This document shows, piece by piece, positions 7,589 to 11,864 of a stretch of 11,864 nt of DNA. Location: contig JBBIMI010000024.1 in assembly GCA_037444485.1 (NCBI GenBank), positions 1 to 11,864 of the forward strand, written 5' to 3'. Position 1 is the first letter of the stretch, and each line of letters opens with the position of its first letter. The translations under genes and the position numbers were made by a program. The notes beneath the pieces are model-generated. The model saw nothing but the letters and a program-made list of their open reading frames with translations, was not told the DNA's origin and did not search any database. The DNA is from Candidatus Micrarchaeota archaeon. Lineage in GTDB: Archaea; Micrarchaeota; Micrarchaeia; Norongarragalinales; Norongarragalinaceae.

Positions 7589-9661
7589 ATGAATCGTTTG
7601 CTAATAATTTCCGAGAAGCCGAATGCAGCATTCTCTATAGCCCGAGCGTTAGCTGAAGGACCAGTAAAAAAAGTTGCTCGCGGCGGCGCTTACTGGTTTG
7701 AATTAAAGCGGGGGGACCAGGAAATCAGCGTAGCTCCAGCCGTAGGCCACTTGTTTGGATTAAAACAAGTTGGCGGCGGCTCGAATTACCCGGCTTTAGA
7801 AGTGGAATGGCGTCCAGTGTGGGAAGTAAACAAGAATTCTGCTTACGCGAAAAAATATTTCGACAATATAAAGCGGTTAAGCAAGCAAGCGACAGATTTT
7901 GTTGTAGCAACAGATTTTGACGTGGAAGGCAGTTTGATTGGATTCAACGTCTTACGATTCATTTGCGGAAAAGAAAAAGCTACGAGAATGAAGTTTTCCA
8001 CTTTAACGAAGGAGGACTTAGTTGAAGCATTCAACAAGAGAGGTGAGTTGGACTATAACAACATCTGGGCTGGCGAAGCGCGCCACGTGTTAGACTGGCT
8101 TTGGGGAATAAACTTAAGCCGCGCTTTAATGCGCGCAATCAAAACCGCTGGCGCGTTCCGCATAATGAGCATCGGCCGCGTGCAAGGCCCGACTCTCGCG
8201 CTCCTCGCGCAACGCGAGTTGAAAATACGCAGCTTCGTTCCGGAACCGTACTGGCAACTCGTCGCGCTTTACAAAAGTATTCTGTTTTACCACGAAACAC
8301 CCCGCTTTCTCGACGAAAAGAAAGCCGACGAAGCGCTCGCGCAGAGCTCGCGCGACGGAACCGTCGCTTCAGTCAAAAGAAAGCTCGTCGAGGAACAGCC
8401 GCCCGCTCCATTCGACTTGACCACCATGCAAGTCGAAGCTTACCGCGCTTTCGGTTTTTCGCCGACGAAAACGCTTCAAATCGCGCAGTCGCTTTACGAG
8501 CAAGCGGTTGCAAGCTATCCCCGCACTTCGTCACAAAAACTCCCCGCACAATTGAACCTCCAAAAAATCATTCGCGACCTCGCTGCACAAAAAGAGTATT
8601 CAAACCTCGCGAATGCCTTAACAGCAGCGAAAGCGTTCAAGCCGCGGGAAGGCAAAAAGGAAGATTCAGCGCATCCAGCGATTCACCCGACTGGCTTGAA
8701 GCCCCAGAGGCTTTCGCCGGACGAAGCCAAGTTGTACGACTTGCTTGTCAAGCGTTTTCTAGCTTGCTTCGCGCCAAACGCGTTAATCGAGGAAGTTGGA
8801 GTGCAACTCTTGCTTGGAACGCAGAAGTACTTTGCTTCAGGCAAGCTCGTGAAAAAGAAGGGCTGGATGGATTTCTACGCTTACTTTAAGCTTGAAGAAA
8901 AAGAAATGCCTGACTTGCGGGAAGGACAAAAAATCGTTGTAGAAAAAATCGAGAAACTGCGCAAGGAAACCCAGCCGCCGAAGCGCTTTACTCCAGCGAG
9001 CGTCGTCAAGGCGCTTGAAGAAAAAAACCTCGGTACTAAGGCTACTCGCGCGGAAATCGTTGAAACCATTTACGACCGAGATTACATTTCTGGGAAAACG
9101 ATTGAAGTCACCCCCCTTGGTTTAAGCGTTTATGAAACCCTTGAAAAACACGTTCCAGAAATGATGAGCGAGAGCTTGACGCGGCGGTTCGAAAAACAAA
9201 TGGAGGAAATAGAGCAAAAACGCGTTACTCCAGAGCAAGTGATTGAGGAAGGAAAAGAAAAACTCGTGAAAATAATCAAGAAATTCGATAAAGAAGCGCT
9301 TGAAATCGGGAGAGAACTCTTGGAAGCAGTGAACGCGACTCAAAAGCAAGCCAGCGTGCTCGGCTCTTGCATGAAGTGCAAGCAAGGCAACATAGTAATA
9401 AAAAAATCGCGTTACGGGTTTTTCGCTGCTTGCGACCGTTACCCAGACTGCAAGACTACATTCCCGCTTCCAAAAAACGCGTTGGTAAAGCCTGCGGGCA
9501 AGCAATGCGGGCGCTGCGGCGCGCCCGTCGTCACAATCATCCGCAAAAACAAGCGGCCTTTCAACATGTGCCTCACTCCAGACTGCGCAAGCAAAGCAAA
9601 TTGGAAAAAAGAAATTGAAAAAAAAGAAAAAAGACTTCAAGAAAGTTTAGAAAAACCTTGA
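7589..9661 (+). CDS. topA: DNA topoisomerase IA (archaeal TopA) with C-terminal zinc ribbons
   Basis: TOPRIM (IISEKP, AVGHL, ATDFDVEG), SIGRVQGPTL, catalytic Tyr in SYPRT, AHPAIHPT, LGTKATR, Cys clusters at the C-terminus. ATG 7589 preferred over TTG 7571. Confidence 0.97.
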   Translation: MNRLLIISEKPNAAFSIARALAEGPVKKVARGGAYWFELKRGDQEISVAPAVGHLFGLKQVGGGSNYPALEVEWRPVWEVNKNSAYAKKYFDNIKRLSKQATDFVVATDFDVEGSLIGFNVLRFICGKEKATRMKFSTLTKEDLVEAFNKRGELDYNNIWAGEARHVLDWLWGINLSRALMRAIKTAGAFRIMSIGRVQGPTLALLAQRELKIRSFVPEPYWQLVALYKSILFYHETPRFLDEKKADEALAQSSRDGTVASVKRKLVEEQPPAPFDLTTMQVEAYRAFGFSPTKTLQIAQSLYEQAVASYPRTSSQKLPAQLNLQKIIRDLAAQKEYSNLANALTAAKAFKPREGKKEDSAHPAIHPTGLKPQRLSPDEAKLYDLLVKRFLACFAPNALIEEVGVQLLLGTQKYFASGKLVKKKGWMDFYAYFKLEEKEMPDLREGQKIVVEKIEKLRKETQPPKRFTPASVVKALEEKNLGTKATRAEIVETIYDRDYISGKTIEVTPLGLSVYETLEKHVPEMMSESLTRRFEKQMEEIEQKRVTPEQVIEEGKEKLVKIIKKFDKEALEIGRELLEAVNATQKQASVLGSCMKCKQGNIVIKKSRYGFFAACDRYPDCKTTFPLPKNALVKPAGKQCGRCGAPVVTIIRKNKRPFNMCLTPDCASKANWKKEIEKKEKRLQESLEKP

Positions 9662-9717
9662 AGCTAGAAAAACCTTGAAACTGAAAAATAATTCGGAAAA
9701 AACTCGGTTGTTTAATA

Positions 9718-9890
9718 ATGTTTAATATTATTTGAAAAAAATGCGTTATTTGAAAAATATAATAATTGGTGGAAAAAATTGTTGAAAAAAAATGTTTAAT
9801 ATTATTGAAAAAAAAATTTTTGAAAAAATGGTAATAATTGGTGGGAAAAGTTGAAAAAATAGCGTGTTGGACGCATAGTAATAATTGGTG
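9718..9890. repeat. AT-rich imperfect tandem duplication (about 73 nt) with a triplicated 12-mer
   Basis: ATGTTTAATATTATT...TGAAAAA...TAATAATTGGTGG...GTTGAAAAAA occurs twice. TAATAATTGGTG is at 9760, 9832 and 9879. Confidence 0.8.
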
Positions 9891-9896
9891 ATAAAA

Positions 9897-10451
9897 ATGG
9901 GGAGAAAATTAGAGTTAAAAGAATTTAATAAATTGCCGCTCGGCTTGCGCGGCACAGTAAAAAAACTATACGAAGACCCAAAATACGGTGAAAGAGTCAA
10001 AGCTGTAAAAGAATTGGGTGAAGCATACACAGAATACAAAGATGCGAACGACAGGAAACTAATAATAAAACACATTATTTCAGCTTTTCGAGACGAGAGT
10101 CTTGAAGTTAGAGAGACTGCTAAAAACACCTTGCATTTTAAAATCGGTTTGGACGCTTTCGCTTTAGAAAAATTAATTGAAACAATGAAAACAAACGAAA
10201 CCCGTGTGAAAGACTTAGCTACTAGAACCCTCTCCAAGCTCAGAGAAAGCTTTTCGCAAAGCGTTGACAAAATACAACCAAGCCAACAGCCATTCCACTA
10301 CGCTTTAGCCAACTTAGACCCAGTTAAAGAAAATGAAGCTTTTCTAAAACTAGTTGAAAAACTACGAGACCCAAAATATGAAAATAAAACCCTTGAATTT
10401 TGGAACGCGTATGTAAAACAATTAAAAGAAAAGTATGCAAAAACAAATTAA
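9897..10451 (+). CDS. HEAT/PBS-lyase-like repeat protein
   Basis: Helical repeats RDESLEVRETAKNTL, EDPKYGERVKAVKELG, KTNETRVKDLATRTL. ATG 9897 follows GGTGA. Visibly more AT-rich than its neighbours. Confidence 0.75.
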   Translation: MGRKLELKEFNKLPLGLRGTVKKLYEDPKYGERVKAVKELGEAYTEYKDANDRKLIIKHIISAFRDESLEVRETAKNTLHFKIGLDAFALEKLIETMKTNETRVKDLATRTLSKLRESFSQSVDKIQPSQQPFHYALANLDPVKENEAFLKLVEKLRDPKYENKTLEFWNAYVKQLKEKYAKTN

Positions 10452-10481
10452 AAGGAAAGAAAAACAAGTTAACCGAATAGA

Positions 10482-11282
10482 ATGAAGATTCGCATTGACT
10501 GGAGGGAAACAGTTTGGCGAAACGCGGCGCGTTACTATGAAGAAGCAAAACGCGCGCGAGCGAAAGCCGAAGGCGCACGCCGAGCTGCGGAAGAAACCAA
10601 GAAAAAAATCGCAGTTTTACAACAAAAACTCGCTGAAGTCCAAGCTACACCACCAGAAAAACCGAAAATCCGCGTGAAGGAAGCGCGAGAACGCGAGTGG
10701 TTTGAACGCTTTCACTGGACTCATACTACAGACGGACTACTCATCATCGCAGGCAAAAACGCGAAACAAAACGAGTTACTAGTCGCACGCCACCTTGAAG
10801 CAAACGACTTGTTTTTTCACGCTGACGTTCACGGCGCAGCAGCGACGATACTCAAAAACGGCGTGAATGCAAGCGAACAAACGCGGCGGGAAGCAGCGCA
10901 ATTCGCTGGTTGTTACTCGAGCGCTTGGAAAGCAGGCAGCGGCGTTGTAGACGTTTACGCGGTTCACGCTGAGCAAGTTAGCAAGCAAGCGCGGCCAGGC
11001 GAGTTCGTCGCTAAAGGCGCTTTCGTCATTCGCGGAAAACGAGAGTGGTTCAAAAACACTGAACTCGCTCTCCGCATTACAGCAGAAGGCCAGCGCGTGC
11101 TCGCTTTTCCAGCAATCGCGAAGCCAGTGATGCTTGAAACCCTTAAAGCAATCGAAGTAGTTCCCGGAAGCTTGAAGAAGGAAGCTGCAGCCAAAAAAAT
11201 CGCTGTTCTCTTGAACTCCGACGAGAACGAAGTGCTCCGCGCGCTGCCCGGCGACTGCGAAATCAAAGAGCGACTACTCTAA
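10482..11282 (+). CDS. NFACT RNA-binding domain protein (C-terminal half of Rqc2/NEMF/RqcH family)
   Basis: Coiled coil NAARYYEEAKRARAK, NFACT-R motifs WFERFHW, IIAGKNAKQNELLV, DLFFHADVHGA, YSSAWK and QVSKQARPGEFVAKGAFVIRGKR. Only 266 aa, with no NFACT-N/HhH part. Confidence 0.92.
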   Translation: MKIRIDWRETVWRNAARYYEEAKRARAKAEGARRAAEETKKKIAVLQQKLAEVQATPPEKPKIRVKEAREREWFERFHWTHTTDGLLIIAGKNAKQNELLVARHLEANDLFFHADVHGAAATILKNGVNASEQTRREAAQFAGCYSSAWKAGSGVVDVYAVHAEQVSKQARPGEFVAKGAFVIRGKREWFKNTELALRITAEGQRVLAFPAIAKPVMLETLKAIEVVPGSLKKEAAAKKIAVLLNSDENEVLRALPGDCEIKERLL

Positions 11283-11542
11283 AGCTATCGCAATAGTTTT
11301 CCTTTAATTCCCTCAAACCTTTTCCAGTCAAACCATTATCAGTCAAAGTTTTTTAAAGCTTTCAATTACTTTGATAGAATTAAAGCAAAACGCGAAACCG
11401 AAATTCGCTTTAGATTTACGTTCAACGCTTTCAAAATTCATTATTTTGTTGCATTACCTTAATTTCTTGTAGTTGGAAAAAGCAGGGAAACCGCAAACGC
11501 AAAAACGCGAACAGGGACTGTCCGGTTAACTTCGGTTTTTAA

Positions 11543-11602
11543 TTGAAAACCAGCGTAACTTGGTTTTCAAGTGAAAGCGTTAACGGTGGGGGAACGCTTC
11601 AC
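11543..11602 (+). promoter_or_regulatory. Two adjacent inverted repeats upstream of the final ORF
   Basis: TTGAAAACCA-N8-TGGTTTTCAA (11543-11570, perfect 10 bp) and GTGAA(A)GCGTT-N11-AACGCTTCAC (11571-11602). Confidence 0.5.
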
Positions 11603-11617
11603 GGAGTCTGATAAACT

Positions 11618-11864
11618 ATGAAGCGAAACCCACCGTGCCCGCGTTGCGGGCAAGCAACCGTCGGAGACGGTTGCTTGAAGATAAAGAAAGCAAGCGCGAA
11701 GAAATACTTTTGCCCGCACTGCAAAAAGTATTTCAGCACGTTCAAAACACCCACCGCATTCGGACGCATTCTCTTGGCGGGCGGAATTTCGCCTTGGTTA
11801 ATCGCGCTGCTCGTCTTGCTGTTGCTCGCGCTAGCGTTTTGGGCGTTCAAGCGGCGCAAGAAAA
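11618..11864 (+). CDS. Zinc-ribbon protein with a TM helix and basic tail (3' end outside window)
   Basis: Manual translation: MKRNPPCPRCGQATVGDGCLKIKKASAKKYFCPHCKKYFSTFKTPTAFGRILLAGGISPWLIALLVLLLLALAFWAFKRRKK... GGAG at 11603-11606. Confidence 0.8.
   Translation, partial: MKRNPPCPRCGQATVGDGCLKIKKASAKKYFCPHCKKYFSTFKTPTAFGRILLAGGISPWLIALLVLLLLALAFWAFKRRKK

Noticed and set aside
8101..8889. 262-aa alternative-frame ORF inside topA, and other overlapping or antisense ORFs in pelA, rfcS, mtaB and the NFACT gene
   Set aside because: Arg/Ser-rich shadow frames of well-supported genes with no motifs.
9718..9890. CRISPR-like array from the triplicated TAATAATTGGTG
   Set aside because: Repeat is only 12 nt, spacing is irregular (72 and 47 nt), intervening sequences resemble each other, and no cas genes are present.
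9746..10270. 174-aa minus-strand hydrophobic ORF
   Set aside because: Antisense to the HEAT gene. The Phe/Ile-rich tail derives from A-rich repeats.
11599..11859. 86-aa minus-strand ORF
   Set aside because: The plus-strand frame has paired CxxC motifs, a TM helix and an SD, so it is the more credible gene.

Overview
Archaeal genomic window, probably DPANN and Micrarchaeota-like (inferred from gene content and GGGGGT/GAGGT/GGTG ribosome-binding sites before TTG/GTG starts). It is mostly housekeeping: pelota, an ACT-domain protein, RFC small subunit, a small 4xCxxC protein, archaeal-type tRNA methylthiotransferase (MtaB/CDKAL1-like), a multi-pass membrane protein, type IA topoisomerase, a HEAT-repeat protein and an N-terminally truncated Rqc2/NFACT protein. 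Two genes missing from the ORF track run off the edges. At the left edge is the start of an IS200/IS605 Y1 transposase (minus strand) with a subterminal hairpin and a hairpin that buries its ribosome-binding site. At the right edge is a zinc-ribbon protein with a membrane anchor. Short tandem duplications are frequent, and several copy a gene's stop codon. I found no CRISPR array, tRNA or rRNA, and I cannot demonstrate a new system from sequence alone. The best leads are the truncated Rqc2 with its HEAT neighbour, the IS leader structure, the anchored zinc ribbon and the duplication pattern.
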